From contig CAWFDF010000012.1 of assembly GCA_963814585.1 (NCBI GenBank), positions 224,001-288,000 on the forward strand: 64,000 nt of DNA, read 5' to 3'. This document shows positions 46,601-58,269 of this stretch, piece after piece. The notes below the pieces were generated by a model, which did no database searches, was not told the origin of the DNA, and saw nothing but the letters and a program-made list of their open reading frames with translations. A program made the position numbers and the translations under genes. This stretch comes from an uncultured delta proteobacterium (GTDB taxonomy: Bacteria > Myxococcota > Myxococcia > Myxococcales > Anaeromyxobacteraceae). Every line of letters begins with the position of its first letter. The stretch's first letter is position 1.

Positions 46601-48284
46601 CCGACTCCGGCCTGGCCTCCAGCAGGTTCCCCTCCGGCCCCACGGCGGTGTCCACCGCCATGATGATCTCCTCGCGGATGGCGTCCACCGGTGGGTTGGT
46701 CACCTGCGCGAAGAGCTGCTTGAAGTAGGCGAAGAGGAGCTGCGGCTTCTCGGAGAGGACGGCCAGCGGGGTGTCGGTCCCCATCGAGCCGATGGGCTCG
46801 GTGCCGTCGATGGCCATGGGCGTGATGAGCCGGCTGACGTCCTCGGAGGTGTAGCCGAAGACCTCCTGGCGCCGGAGCACCGTCTCGTGGGCGGGCTCGA
46901 TGATCCGGCCCGGCCGGGGCAGCTGGTCGAGCTGGACCAGGTGCTCCTCCAGCCAGGCCGCGTAGGGCGCCGCGCCGGCGATGCGCTGCTTCAGCTCGTC
47001 GTCCGGGACGATGCGCTGCTCCGCGGTGTCGACGTAGAAGATCCGGCCCGGCTGCAGGCGCCCCTTCTGGACGATCTGGTCGGCGGGGATGTCGAGCACG
47101 CCGACCTCGGAGGCCATCACCACCAGGCCGTCCCGGGTGACGTAGTAGCGGCTGGGGCGCAGGCCGTTCCGGTCCAGCACCGCGCCGATGCGGACGCCGT
47201 CGGTGAAGGCGATGGAGGCGGGACCGTCCCACGGCTCCATCAGGCAGGAGTGGAACTCGTAGAAGGCCCTCTTCTCGGCGCTCATGGCCTGGTTCTGGCT
47301 CCAGGCCTCGGGCACCATCATCATGATGGCGTGCGGCAGCTCGCGGCCGGCCAGCGTCAGCAGCTCCAGCACGTTGTCGAACATGCCGGAGTCGGAGCCG
47401 TCCGTGTCGATCACGGTGAGGACCTTCTGCAGGTCGTCCCCGAAGAGCGCCGACTTCATCATCGACTGGCGCGCGTGCATCCAGTTGATGTTGCCCCGCA
47501 GCGTGTTGATCTCGCCGTTGTGCGAGATGTAGCGGTACGGGTGGGCGCGGGACCAGGACGGGAAGGTGTTGGTCGAGAACCGCGAGTGCACCATGCCCAG
47601 CGCCGAGACCACGGCAGGGTCCTGCAGGTCCGGGTAGAAGCGGCGCAGCTGGGGGGCGTTGAGCATCCCCTTGAAGACGATGGTCTTGTAGCTCAGGCTC
47701 GGCAGGTAGAAGTGGGTGCGGCCCGGGATGGACGAGCGCGACACCTTCTTCTCCACCTGGCGTCGGATCAGGTACAGCTTCCGCTCGAAGGCCAGCTCGT
47801 CGGCCAGCCCCTCGCCGCGCCCCACGAAGACCTGGCGGATCACCGGCTGCGAGCTCCTCGCCGAGGGCCCGAGCGTCACGGGGTCGGTCGGGACGTCGCG
47901 CCAGCCCAGCACCCGCTGCCCCTCGATGCGGACGGTCTCCTCGACGATCCGCTCGCAGGCGGCGCGTCCCTCGGCGCCCGGGGGAAGGAAGACCATGCCG
48001 GCGCCGTACTGGCCGGCGGCCGGGAGGGCGAAGCCCAGCTTGCCGCAGCGCTCGCGCAGGAAGGCGTGGGGGACCTGGAGCAGGATGCCGGCGCCGTCGC
48101 CGGTGTCCTTCTCGGCGCCGACCGCGCCGCGGTGCTCGAGGTTGACCAGCACCTGGAGCGCCTTCTCCACGATGTCGTGGGAGGACCGCCCCTTCAGGTC
48201 GACCACGAAGCCGAAGCCGCAGGCATCCTTCTCCTGCTGCGGATCGTAGAGCCCCTGCCTCGCCGGGTAACCTGCTTCGCGCAT
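43674..48284 (-). CDS. gltB: Glutamate synthase large subunit
   Basis: [66 protein letters not shown]. Confidence 0.97.
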   Translation of the reverse strand: MREAGYPARQGLYDPQQEKDACGFGFVVDLKGRSSHDIVEKALQVLVNLEHRGAVGAEKDTGDGAGILLQVPHAFLRERCGKLGFALPAAGQYGAGMVFLPPGAEGRAACERIVEETVRIEGQRVLGWRDVPTDPVTLGPSARSSQPVIRQVFVGRGEGLADELAFERKLYLIRRQVEKKVSRSSIPGRTHFYLPSLSYKTIVFKGMLNAPQLRRFYPDLQDPAVVSALGMVHSRFSTNTFPSWSRAHPYRYISHNGEINTLRGNINWMHARQSMMKSALFGDDLQKVLTVIDTDGSDSGMFDNVLELLTLAGRELPHAIMMMVPEAWSQNQAMSAEKRAFYEFHSCLMEPWDGPASIAFTDGVRIGAVLDRNGLRPSRYYVTRDGLVVMASEVGVLDIPADQIVQKGRLQPGRIFYVDTAEQRIVPDDELKQRIAGAAPYAAWLEEHLVQLDQLPRPGRIIEPAHETVLRRQEVFGYTSEDVSRLITPMAIDGTEPIGSMGTDTPLAVLSEKPQLLFAYFKQLFAQVTNPPVDAIREEIIMAVDTAVGPEGNLLEARPESARQLALPSPVIRNEDLEKIRGLDGGAGAKGLKAITLPILFKASAGGAGLRKALEDLRWRVSECLAEGCNIIVLSDRGHDAEDAPIPSLLAVSAVQHHLIREGTRTRCGIVLESGEPREVHHFALLIGYGASAVNPYLAFETIHDQVKLGMIPGSAADAEKKYAKAVAKGIVKVISKMGISTIQSYHGAQVFEAVGLNQDFIDEYFTWTATRIGGVGIDVVASEARQRHERGFPPRRPVFHRSLPAGGQYQYRAGGEHHLFNPETVHRLQVATRTGDYRAFKDYTALVDNQATHLCTLRGLMDFKPAARPVPIEEVEPVEAIMRRFKTGAMSYGSISKEAHEALAIAMNRIGAKSNTGEGGEDPARYVPEPNGDSKNSAIKQVASARFGVTSLYLVNARELQIKMAQGAKPGEGGQLPGSKVYPWIARVRHATPGVGLISPPPHHDIYSIEDLAQLIHDLKNANHKARISVKLVAEVGVGTIAAGVAKAHADVVLIAGHDGGTGASPLTSIKHAGIPWELGLAETHQVLVLNDLRSRIAVEVDGQLKTGRDVVVGALLGAEEFGFATGPLVSLGCIMMRACHLNTCPVGVATQDPQLRARFTGDPAHVVNFMRFIAQEVREYMAVLGFRTVEEMVGRSERLEMRRAVDHWKARNLDFSRILYKPTVPRAFGRTCSIPQDHGVERSLDATTLLPLARPAIEEGKKVEASLPIRNTNRVVGTMTGSEVTRRHGAAGLPPGTITFRFTGSAGQSFGAFIPRGMTLLLEGDANDYLGKGLSGGTLAVFPPRDAGFVAEENVVIGNVALYGATGGEAFIRGVAGERFAVRNSGAVAVVEGVGDHGCEYMTGGTVAVLGPTGRNFAAGMSGGVAYVHDADGAFAVSCNLEMVGLGPVVEPEDAGALRALIERHVALTGSELGKRLLADWKATLPRFVKVWPHDYRRMLESQRRLRATGMSPEEAELAAFEMNARDQARVGGN

Positions 48285-48509
48285 CTCTCTTCTCTCTCCC
48301 TGCCAGCCGTGAAATGGACCGGCGAGTGTGACCCATGCCGGGAAGGACCGTCAACCCGTGAGGCCTGACGAAATCCGGGCAGTTGCACGGTTTCCGGGCA
48401 GGTGGTGGCGGGGGGCGAGGGACCGCGCAACCAGCCGGCGCCGCCGGTGTTCAGGCCAGGGAGCGCTCCAGCGGGATCTCCCCCGCTCCGCTCCCGAGGG
48501 AGACCGACC

Positions 48510-49823
48510 ATGAGGATCACCACCTGGCTGGGCGCCGCCGCGCTGGCCCTGACACTGGCCGCCTGCGGCCAGGCCACCGACGACTTCGCCGGCGCCACGC
48601 CGGACGTCGCCGGCCTGACGCTGGAGGTCGAGGGGGGCGCCGCCGAAGGGCTTCCGCTCCTCGCCACCTCGCCCGCGTCCGCGAGCCCCCTGGCCGCCCT
48701 GGCCACGACGCCCGGTGACGGCGACGATCTCGCCACCATCCGGGCCGAGGTCAAGGCCCTCAACGGCGAGCTGCGGCGGGTGATGGAGCGGGTGGAGGAG
48801 GCGGTCCAGGCCGGGGGCACGGCGGCGGTCGGCGGCCGGATGATCTACGGGCCGGCCGATCGGTGCGTGGTGCCGGACGCCAGCGGCGGCTGCGCGGCCT
48901 CGGCCAACTTCGTCCTGGGCGTGAAGCGCGAGCGCGACCACCTCTTCACCTGGCTGCTGGAGGCCCGCCCCGTCGGCTCGACCGTCCAGGCCGACTTCAA
49001 GCCGGTGGCCGCTGGCTGGCTGGCCCGCGGCGGCCAGCGGCACCGGGGGGTCGGCAAGCTCGCCCTCCACCTGCGCAACCTGAAGGCCGTGCAGCCGGCC
49101 TACGGCGGCGACGGCTTCCTGCTGGGCGGCTTCGCCAATGGACCGGTCGTCAAGTCGGTGCACTACCGGCTGGTCGAGTTCACCCCCGACGGCGCCAACC
49201 CCCGGACCGCCGCCTACGTGGGGATGAAGAACGGCAGCGGCATCCGCCGCGTCCGCGTGGCCACGCCGCAGGACCTGCTGGCCCCGCCCGCGGGTGGCGT
49301 GGACATGGGCGACGAGCTGTTGCTGGCCCGCGCCGCCTGGCTCCCCGGCGTGGCCGGGCGCACCTACTCGGTCGTCACCAACTGGAGGCAGCTGGACCGC
49401 ACCGTCGCGCCGCCGGTGCTGGGGGGCCTCCCGCACGGGGACGTGCCGGGCGCCAGCTGGGACTCCAGCTACTACTTCGGCCGCGCCTGCTACGCTCCGG
49501 ACAGCGCCGGGGCGCCGCTCACCATGAAGTTCAAGGAGTGGTACCTGTGCGAGCGGAGCGAGGGACCGGTCGCCTGCGTGGTCCGCCAGGGCGGCGTGGG
49601 CACGGTGGTCTCCGGCACCGGGACCTGGGCCGACGGCTGCAGGCTCGCCGTCGAGCCGCCCGAGCTCGGCGATCCCGGCGACGCCGGGGAGCATCCGGAG
49701 CACGACTCGGACGAGCCGGGCATGGGCGGCCGTGGCATGCAGGCCCCACCGGCGCCGCCGGCCGACCCGAACGACATCGGCGCGCCGCCACCCGGCATGC
49801 CGGGCATGCACCCGATGATGTGA
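48510..49823 (+). CDS. Uncharacterised lipoprotein with Pro/Gly/Met-rich tail
   Basis: GGGAG RBS, lipobox LAAC, coding-like codon usage; no family recognised. Confidence 0.75.
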   Translation: MRITTWLGAAALALTLAACGQATDDFAGATPDVAGLTLEVEGGAAEGLPLLATSPASASPLAALATTPGDGDDLATIRAEVKALNGELRRVMERVEEAVQAGGTAAVGGRMIYGPADRCVVPDASGGCAASANFVLGVKRERDHLFTWLLEARPVGSTVQADFKPVAAGWLARGGQRHRGVGKLALHLRNLKAVQPAYGGDGFLLGGFANGPVVKSVHYRLVEFTPDGANPRTAAYVGMKNGSGIRRVRVATPQDLLAPPAGGVDMGDELLLARAAWLPGVAGRTYSVVTNWRQLDRTVAPPVLGGLPHGDVPGASWDSSYYFGRACYAPDSAGAPLTMKFKEWYLCERSEGPVACVVRQGGVGTVVSGTGTWADGCRLAVEPPELGDPGDAGEHPEHDSDEPGMGGRGMQAPPAPPADPNDIGAPPPGMPGMHPMM

Positions 49824-50296
49824 GTCGCTGGAGGTGGCGGGCGGCGTGGGCCGGCCGCTCACCGGCAGCATCCCGGTGACACGCATCGGCTCCCCTGGTC
49901 GCGTCGGGGCCCCGCCGGGCCGGGGAGCTCGTCCCGCCTGCGGCGCGCCCGCTCGCCAGCGGCCGGTCCGCTCGAGCGGGCGCCGCTGAGGCTGCGCGGC
50001 TCGCTCCCGGCCGGCGGATCCCCACCGCTCCCGGGAGCCTCTCGCCGGTGCACATCGGCTCCCGTGGTCGCGTCGGGGCCCCGGCGATCCCCGGGAACCG
50101 CCGGCCCAGGCCCCGTCCTGGTTTACTCTCGGTCGCAGGCGGGGCGCCTCTTCGCCGCCCCGGGAATCGAGCCGCCCGCCACCCGTTCCGCTTCCGATGC
50201 GGCCCGGGTTGTGCCATGTTCTCGCCCCGCTCGCTCCCCGGGTCCGGAGGATGGAGGCGGGTGCAGCGTGTTCGCCGACGTGCGGCGCGGAGGTAC

Positions 50297-51964
50297 ATGG
50301 TGAGCAACTCTCCAGTTTCCACGGGCGCCCCGGCGGCCGCAGCGAGCGCCGGTGAGCGCGAGGCCCGGTTGACCACCCTGCTGGTCTTCGGCGCCATGAC
50401 CATCGGCGCGGTGATCCAGATTCGGATTCCCCCGGGGCCGACCACGCTGGTGGCGGCCACCGGCATCGCCAGCCTGGTGGTGCTCGGCCTCTCCTTCGTG
50501 GTCCCGGGGCGCCTGCGCAGCACCCTCACCGGCTTCCGCTTCACCTCGTCGCTCCTCATCGCGCTGGCGGTCTTCGCCATCCTCGGGACGCTCATCCTGC
50601 AGGGGAAGCCGGCCGAGCTCTACCGGGCCAGGTACGGCGCGGTGGCCGGGCTGATCCTGGCGCTCCGCTTCGACGACATCTTCCACGGCCTCCCCTATGC
50701 CGGGCTGATGGCCCTCTTCGGCGCCGCCATCCTCGCCTCGGCGTCGCTGCGCTGGCCCATCTCGACCAAGCGGGCCGGCTTCTTCATCGCCCACGTCGGC
50801 CTGCTGGTCTCCGGCGCCGGAGCGGCCGCCTCCAGCATGCTCTCGGTGCGCGGGCGGATCGACCTCTTCGCCGGCGGCGACGTGGCCAACCAGGTCCGCG
50901 TCACCAAGGGCGGCGTGCCGACGGGCGCCTACCAGGCGCTGCCGTTCGAGCTGAAGCTCGACCAGTTCGACCTCGTCAACTACGAGGCCGAGTACCGGGT
51001 CGGCTACTACGAGAAGACCCGCATCGTCCGCGACGGCGTGGCCATGGACGACTACCGGCTCAAGACCAGCTTCGACGCCTACCAGGTCGACGTCTTCAAC
51101 ACCAAGGCCGATCCGGTTCCGGATCTGGCCAAGCATCGCCTCCCGGGCGGCGACTCGTTCAGGATCAAGGCCTTCTACCCGGACTTCGAGGTGGTGCCGC
51201 GCGTGACGCCGGCCGCCAGCGGGCCCCCGGCGCTGCTGGTGACGCTGGCGGGCCGGCCGCACTGGCTGCAGCCGGGCGAGCTGGCCGCCTCGCCCGACGG
51301 CGCGCTGGCGGTGGCCTTCGGCGAACGGCTCCCTCCTCCGCCGCCAGGCCTGGCCACCGCGGTGCTGGTGTCGTCGCTCGATCGGCAGGTGGTGATCCAC
51401 CGCGCCGACGGAAGCGCCTCGCAGCCCTTCGCCGAGGGGCTCGCCCTCCTCGGAGGCGCGGTCCGCCTCGACCAGCTGCTGGTCCACTCGGCGCGTGGCT
51501 CCGTCTACCAGACTCGCAGCCGCGAGCCGCGCCATCCGGCGGCGGTGATCGAGACCAGCGTCGACGGCCGGGTCCAGGAGACGCTGGTGGTCGCCGCCCA
51601 GCCGCGCGGCGTCTTCCTGCGTGACGGCAAGTCGGCCCTGGTCTTCGAGAAGCGGGACAAGGAGGTCAAGGCCTTCCTCTCCCACGTCACCGCACGTCAG
51701 GGCGACAAGGTGCAGCGGGCCGTGGTGTCGGTGAACGACCCGTTCGACTTCGGCGGGTGGATGCTCTACCAGGTCAACTACAACCCGGAGGATCCCACCT
51801 ACTCCGGGCTCGAGGCGGTGCGGGATCCGGGGGTGTTCTGGGTCTTCGTCGGCTTCGGGCTCATCTGCCTCGGCGTCTTCTACATGCTCTACGTCGAGCC
51901 GCGGCTGCGCGCGGGCGGCATCGAGCGCCCGTCGCCCACCACGTCGCCGGCCGCCCCGGCCTGA
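50297..51964 (+). CDS. resB: Cytochrome c biogenesis protein, ResB/Ccs1-like (system II)
   Basis: LA..AILGTLI.Q, GFFIAH.GL, VSVNDP..GG..LYQ..Y, GL...RDPG..WV..G; adjacent to ccsA. Confidence 0.8.
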   Translation: MVSNSPVSTGAPAAAASAGEREARLTTLLVFGAMTIGAVIQIRIPPGPTTLVAATGIASLVVLGLSFVVPGRLRSTLTGFRFTSSLLIALAVFAILGTLILQGKPAELYRARYGAVAGLILALRFDDIFHGLPYAGLMALFGAAILASASLRWPISTKRAGFFIAHVGLLVSGAGAAASSMLSVRGRIDLFAGGDVANQVRVTKGGVPTGAYQALPFELKLDQFDLVNYEAEYRVGYYEKTRIVRDGVAMDDYRLKTSFDAYQVDVFNTKADPVPDLAKHRLPGGDSFRIKAFYPDFEVVPRVTPAASGPPALLVTLAGRPHWLQPGELAASPDGALAVAFGERLPPPPPGLATAVLVSSLDRQVVIHRADGSASQPFAEGLALLGGAVRLDQLLVHSARGSVYQTRSREPRHPAAVIETSVDGRVQETLVVAAQPRGVFLRDGKSALVFEKRDKEVKAFLSHVTARQGDKVQRAVVSVNDPFDFGGWMLYQVNYNPEDPTYSGLEAVRDPGVFWVFVGFGLICLGVFYMLYVEPRLRAGGIERPSPTTSPAAPA

Positions 51965-51976
51965 GGGAGATCGAAC

Positions 51977-52834
51977 ATGCTCCAGTACGTCCTCGTCGAG
52001 CACCCCTTCTTCGCCCTCACCAGCCTGCTCTACCTGGCCTCGACGCTGGCCTACGGGCTGGCCTGGGTCTCCCCGAGCCGGCTGCCGGGCCGCGCCGGGA
52101 CCGCGCTGATGGCCGCCGGCGTGGTGCTCAACACCGGGCTCATCGTCGGCCGCTGGCTGGAGGCGGGCCGCGCCCCCTTCAAGTCCCTCTTCGAGTCACT
52201 GGTCTTCTTCGCGTTCTGCATCGCGCTGCTCTACGTGGTCTTCGAGCGGCTCTACAGGACGCGGCTCTTCGGCGTGGCCGCCGGCCTGATGGCCTTCGGC
52301 TCCATGGCCTACGCCCTGGCCAAGTGGGACGCCGAGATCGTCAAGCTGCCGCCGGCGCTCCAGTCGGGCTGGTTCGTGCCGCACGTCATGGTCTACTTCA
52401 TCGGCTACGCGGCGGTGGCCATCGCCACGGGCGTGGCGGTGGTGCAGCTGCTCTCCAGCCGGATCCCCTTCGTCCACCGCCTCACCACCCTGAAGGCCGG
52501 CTCGGTCCTCTCCGGCGAGCCGCTCGATCTCGACCGGATCTCCTACGACGCGGTCCGCTTCGGCTTCGTGCTGCTCACCATCGGGCTGCTGGTCGGCTCG
52601 GTGTGGGCCAAGAGCGCCTGGGGCGACTTCTGGGTCTGGGACCCCAAGGAGAACTGGTCGCTGGTGACCTGGCTGATCTATGGAGCCTACCTGCACCTGC
52701 GCAAGGTCCGGGGTTGGCGCGGCGATCGGGCGGCCTGGGTCGCCATCATCGGCTTCGCGGTGGTGATGTTCACCTACCTGGGCATCAACATGCTGCCCAC
52801 CGCCGAGGAGAGCGCGCACGTCTACACCAACTAG
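51977..52834 (+). CDS. ccsA: Cytochrome c synthase, CcsA/ResC
   Basis: P.KSLFESL, PALQSGW..PHV, WWD motif WAKSAWGDFWVWDPKENW, C-terminal H.Y. Confidence 0.92.
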   Translation: MLQYVLVEHPFFALTSLLYLASTLAYGLAWVSPSRLPGRAGTALMAAGVVLNTGLIVGRWLEAGRAPFKSLFESLVFFAFCIALLYVVFERLYRTRLFGVAAGLMAFGSMAYALAKWDAEIVKLPPALQSGWFVPHVMVYFIGYAAVAIATGVAVVQLLSSRIPFVHRLTTLKAGSVLSGEPLDLDRISYDAVRFGFVLLTIGLLVGSVWAKSAWGDFWVWDPKENWSLVTWLIYGAYLHLRKVRGWRGDRAAWVAIIGFAVVMFTYLGINMLPTAEESAHVYTN

Positions 52835-52845
52835 TGCCTGGCGGC

Positions 52846-54252
52846 TCAGCGGGAGTGGGACTCGCCGCCGAAGGCGACCGCGTCCTCCCGGTGAGCGCGT
52901 CCGGGCTGGCCGGCCCGGTACTCCTTGAGACGGTACTGGATCTTGCGGACCGAGACGCCGAGCACCTCGGCGGCGCGGGCGGTGGACCCCCCGGCCTGCT
53001 CCAGCGTCCGCAGGATCGCCTCGCGCTCGATCTCGAAGAGCGTGGCCCCGGGGATGAGGCCGCTGGCCATGCCCCCCTCCGGCTGGCCACCCGTGAGGAC
53101 CGGTGGGAGGTCCTCCACCCGCAGCTCGGGGCCCTTCGCATGCGACGCGGCCTCCTCGATGACCGCCTCCAGCTCGCGGACGTTGCCGGGCCACGGGTAG
53201 GTGAAGAAGGCGGAGAGGACGCCTGGCGCGGCCAGGAGCGGCGCGCTCCCCGTGGAGCGGGCCCGGTAGGCGAGCAGGTGGGTGACCAGCGCCGGGATGT
53301 CGGCCTTCCGGTCGCGCAGCGGCGGCAGCGCCGCCGCCACCACGTTGAGCCGGTAGTAGAGGTCGTCGCGGAAGCGACCGTGGCGAACCTCCTCCGCGAG
53401 GTCCCGGCTCGAGCCGGCCATGATCCGCACGTCGGCGGCCAGCAGGTCGCGTCCTCCGCGTCGCTCGAAGACGCCCTCCTGCAGCACCCGCAGCAGCCGG
53501 ACCTGGAGGTCGGGCGGCAGCTGCCCCACCTCGTGCACGTAGAGCGTGCCGCCCCGCGCCTCCTCGATGCGCCCGAGGCGCCGCTGGTCCGCCTCCTCGA
53601 AGGCCCCCTTCTCGTGGCCGAACAGCTCGCTCTCGATCAGCGACCCGGACACCGCGGCGCAGTTGACCGCCACGAAGGGGCGCTCCCGCCGCGGTGACAG
53701 CTCGTGGACGGCCTCCGCCAGGTGGCGCTTCCCCGAGCCGGACTCTCCGTGGATGAGGATGGTCGCCTTGGTCGGCGCCACCCGGCGCACCAGCTCGAAC
53801 GCCGCCACCAGCTCCGGCGCGGTCCCGATCAGCGCCAGCCGGCCCCTGATCCGCTCGCGCAGCCTGGCGATCTCGGTCCGCAGCGCGCTCCGCTCGCCGG
53901 CCCGCTGCAGGATTGCCCCGAGGCGGTTCGACTCGAGCGGCCGCACCAGGAACCCGTCGGCGCCGGTCCCGGTCGCCAGCCGCGCCGCCGGCCCCTCCCC
54001 GGCGCCGCCGATCACGAGCACCGAGGCCAGTCCACCGAGGGCGCGCAGCCTCTGGACGAAGCTCGATCCCTCGCAGCCCGGCGCGGCCGCGTCGACCAGC
54101 ACCACCGCGGGCCTGGTGCTGGCGGCCACCGCGAGCGCCCGGTCGGCGGTGGCGGCCTCGTCGGCCTCGACGCCGAGCTCCCTCAGCTGGAGTCGGAGCG
54201 AGGCTCCGGCCTTCGGGTCGGCTTCGACGATGAGGAGGCGTGCTGGTTCCAT
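52846..54252 (-). CDS. NtrC-like sigma54 regulator with degenerate catalytic motifs
   Basis: Receiver + AAA+ (GESGSGK, ESELFGH, FRDDLYYRLNV, WPGNVREL) + Fis HTH; has GAFEEA instead of GAFTGA and YVHE instead of FLDE. Confidence 0.88.
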   Translation of the reverse strand: MEPARLLIVEADPKAGASLRLQLRELGVEADEAATADRALAVAASTRPAVVLVDAAAPGCEGSSFVQRLRALGGLASVLVIGGAGEGPAARLATGTGADGFLVRPLESNRLGAILQRAGERSALRTEIARLRERIRGRLALIGTAPELVAAFELVRRVAPTKATILIHGESGSGKRHLAEAVHELSPRRERPFVAVNCAAVSGSLIESELFGHEKGAFEEADQRRLGRIEEARGGTLYVHEVGQLPPDLQVRLLRVLQEGVFERRGGRDLLAADVRIMAGSSRDLAEEVRHGRFRDDLYYRLNVVAAALPPLRDRKADIPALVTHLLAYRARSTGSAPLLAAPGVLSAFFTYPWPGNVRELEAVIEEAASHAKGPELRVEDLPPVLTGGQPEGGMASGLIPGATLFEIEREAILRTLEQAGGSTARAAEVLGVSVRKIQYRLKEYRAGQPGRAHREDAVAFGGESHSR

Positions 54253-54284
54253 GGGGCGCAAGGGACCTGTCAGCAAGTACCCTA

Positions 54285-54300
54285 AGCAAGGTGCGTACCC
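54285..54300 (-). promoter_or_regulatory. sigma54 (-24/-12) promoter of the degenerate regulator
   Basis: Minus strand GGGTACG-CACC-TTGCT, 33 bp upstream of ATG 54252, with an AT-rich segment further upstream. Confidence 0.68.
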
Positions 54301-54554
54301 ACCACATTAGGGCCTTTTCGTGCGGTGTGGACGCAGTCTTTGCAGTAAGCGCAATTTAGGCGCACCGCGGCTCATCCTAAAGAGGTATCTCGGCTGGTCA
54401 CGGACGGGGAGTCTCCCCTTCCGCGGCTCCGACCGCCAACCCGCGAAGATCAGCGGGCATCCTCCGCGCTGGCTGGCCCGGAGCGGCCCCGGCGGACCAC
54501 CGTGGTCCAGGACGAGGGGCGACGGCTCGTGCCCAGGCGACGTGGTCCCGCTGC

Positions 54555-54962
54555 CTAGCGCCCCGGACTGGCGTGTCCGGTCGTCGCCGGCGCCGGGTTG
54601 AGGATGGCATCGCGGATCCGCTGCGGCGCGGTCTCGGCGTCGGGCGGATTGGCCAGCGGGAAGCGCGTGGAGTTGTCGAGCAGCGTCAGCCCGACGAGCA
54701 GCACCACGAAGACCAGCGAGGTCACCAGCACCAGGCGATTGGGGCCGGGCTGATCCCAGAGGTGCATGAAGAAGAGCGCCACCAGCGCCCCCTTCACCGA
54801 GGCGATGGTGAGCGCCACCGCCACGCCGGCCGCGCCGGGGATGTGGACGGTGGAGAGCCCCCAGGTGAGCGCCGTCAGCACCATGAGCGCGGCCCAGACC
54901 ATCAGGTAGCGCCCGGCGTGGGAGTGGGCGTGGGCGGTGGCGCCGTGGCCGTGGTCGGACAT
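54555..54962 (-). CDS. Cytochrome c oxidase subunit IV
   Basis: His-rich N-terminus, VW.AL..LT..T, IA..K..LV..FFMHL. Confidence 0.85.
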   Translation of the reverse strand: MSDHGHGATAHAHSHAGRYLMVWAALMVLTALTWGLSTVHIPGAAGVAVALTIASVKGALVALFFMHLWDQPGPNRLVLVTSLVFVVLLVGLTLLDNSTRFPLANPPDAETAPQRIRDAILNPAPATTGHASPGR

Positions 54963-54976
54963 CGGGTGGCTCCGGT

Positions 54977-55592
54977 TCAGATCAGGTAGATGAGCGGGAA
55001 GACGAAGATCCAGATCAGGTCGACCAGGTGCCAGTAGAGTCCCGCCAGCTCGACCGGCACGTGGTACTGCGCGTCGTACTTGCCGAGCCAGGCCCTGGCC
55101 CCGATGATCCCCAGCACCGTCATGCCGATCAGCACGTGGATGGCGTGCAGGCCGGTGATGAGGAAGTAGAGGGTGAAGAAGAGCGATCCGCCCGAGCCGG
55201 CGATGGGGCCGCCGTAGAACTGGCCGGGCAGCTCGGCGTGGAGGAAGTGGTGGCGGTACTCGACCCCCTTCAGGACCATGAAGACCATGCCCATGGCGAT
55301 GGAGGCGCCGAAGAGCAGGCCGGTGCGCCGGTTCTTCCCCTGGGCGATGGCGTCCAGCCCCATGGCCACCGTGAAGGAGCTGGAGACCAGCACGAAGGTG
55401 TTGACGCCACCCAGCCAGGTCTCGAGCCCGCGCGAGGCCTGCGAGAAGGCGTCGGCGTAGAGGAAGCGGTAGACGCCGTAGGCGGCGAAGAGGGCGGTGA
55501 AGAGCAGGATCTCGGTGGCCAGGAAGAGCCACATGCCGAGCCGCTGGGCCTGGCCCTGCTTCTCGAGGCTCTCGAAGTGGTGGGCGACGGCG

Positions 55593-55600
<8 letters not shown>
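54977..55600 (-). CDS. coxC: Cytochrome c oxidase subunit III
   Basis: GMWLFLATE..LF, NT.VL..SS, TGLH.IHV, GLYWHLVD.IWI. Confidence 0.93.
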
Positions 55601-57216
<1,616 letters not shown>

Positions 57217-57239
<23 letters not shown>

Positions 57240-58269
57240 AGACCGGGCCCTCCGACGGCCCGGCGGTGACGGCCGGGGTCCTGAGCGACTTGATGTACTC
57301 GACGACGGCGGCGACCTCGGGAGGCGTCATCCGCCCCTGGAAGGTCGGCATGACGTTCTGGTAGCCGGCCACCAGCTGGGCGGCGGGGTCCATCATCGAC
57401 CGGGTCAGGTAGGCCTCGTCGGCGGTGATGACCTCGCCGGTGGTGAGCTTCTCGTTCCGGCCGTAGAGGTCGATGAAGGTCGGCCCGATGTGGCGCGAGC
57501 CGTCCACCGAGTGGCACTTCAGGCAGCCCTGGTCGGCCGCGACGCGCCGCCCCTGATCGAGGATGGAGGACCCGGGGAGGCCCCGCTCGGCGGCGGTGAG
57601 GGCGGCGTCCTGGGCCCGGGCCTCGCCGCGGCGCTGGTCGGCCAGCCAGGCGTCGAACTCGGCGGCCGGCATCACCACCAGCTCGGCCAGCATGCCGGAG
57701 TGGGAGAGGCCGCAGTACTCGGCGCAGAAGACCTGGTAGCGGCCGGGCGTCTCGGGCTGGAACCAGGTCTGCGTGTAGCGCCCCGGGAGCGCGTCCAGCT
57801 TGAGGCGCAGCTCCGGCACGTAGAAGGAGTGGATGACGTCGCGCGAGGTGATGAGCAGGCGCACCGGCCGGCCGGCCGGAACCCGCAGCACGTCGAGCGA
57901 GGACGGCCCCCCCTGGTAGGCGAACTTCCACATCCATTTCTTGCCCTGCACGAAGACGTCCATGGCGCCGGGCGGAGGCTGGGTGGTCTCCACGAACTGC
58001 GGATAGCCGATGGCGAACCAGAGCAGGAAGAAGGCCAGCGGCACGCCCACGAAGACCGCCTCGTGCCAGTGCCCGGGCTGCACCTCGGGGGTGGCCTCGC
58101 CTTCCTGCCGCCGCCGGTAGCGGATCATGAAGACCAGCGCGGTGGCGAAGATGAGGAGCCCCGCCACCATGGTGGTGATGATCACGAAGTAGTGGAGCCC
58201 ATCCACGTCGCGGGCGTGCTGCGACAGCTGGGGCGGGAGGAAGAGCAGCTTGCGGAGGAGCTCGTTCAT
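57217..58269 (-). CDS. coxB: Cytochrome c oxidase subunit II with fused cytochrome c (caa3)
   Basis: CuA ligands DVIHSF and CAEYCGLSHSGM; C-terminal CLKCH heme motif and MP. Confidence 0.94.

Noticed and set aside
48285..48300. Purine-rich tract GGGAGAGAGAAGAGAG before the gltB ATG
   Set aside because: Most simply an extended Shine-Dalgarno; too short and irregular for a contingency repeat
43797..48368. Very long antisense or alternate-frame ORFs (e.g. 43797..48368 +, 44146..48354 -, 20265..23081 +, 36341..38935 +)
   Set aside because: Shadow ORFs of real genes caused by stop-codon scarcity at high GC; low-complexity Arg/Gly/Pro translations with no motifs
49824..50296. 470-bp intergenic region as ncRNA or riboswitch
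   Set aside because: GC-rich hairpins are possible but no recognisable family motif; needs a covariance-model search
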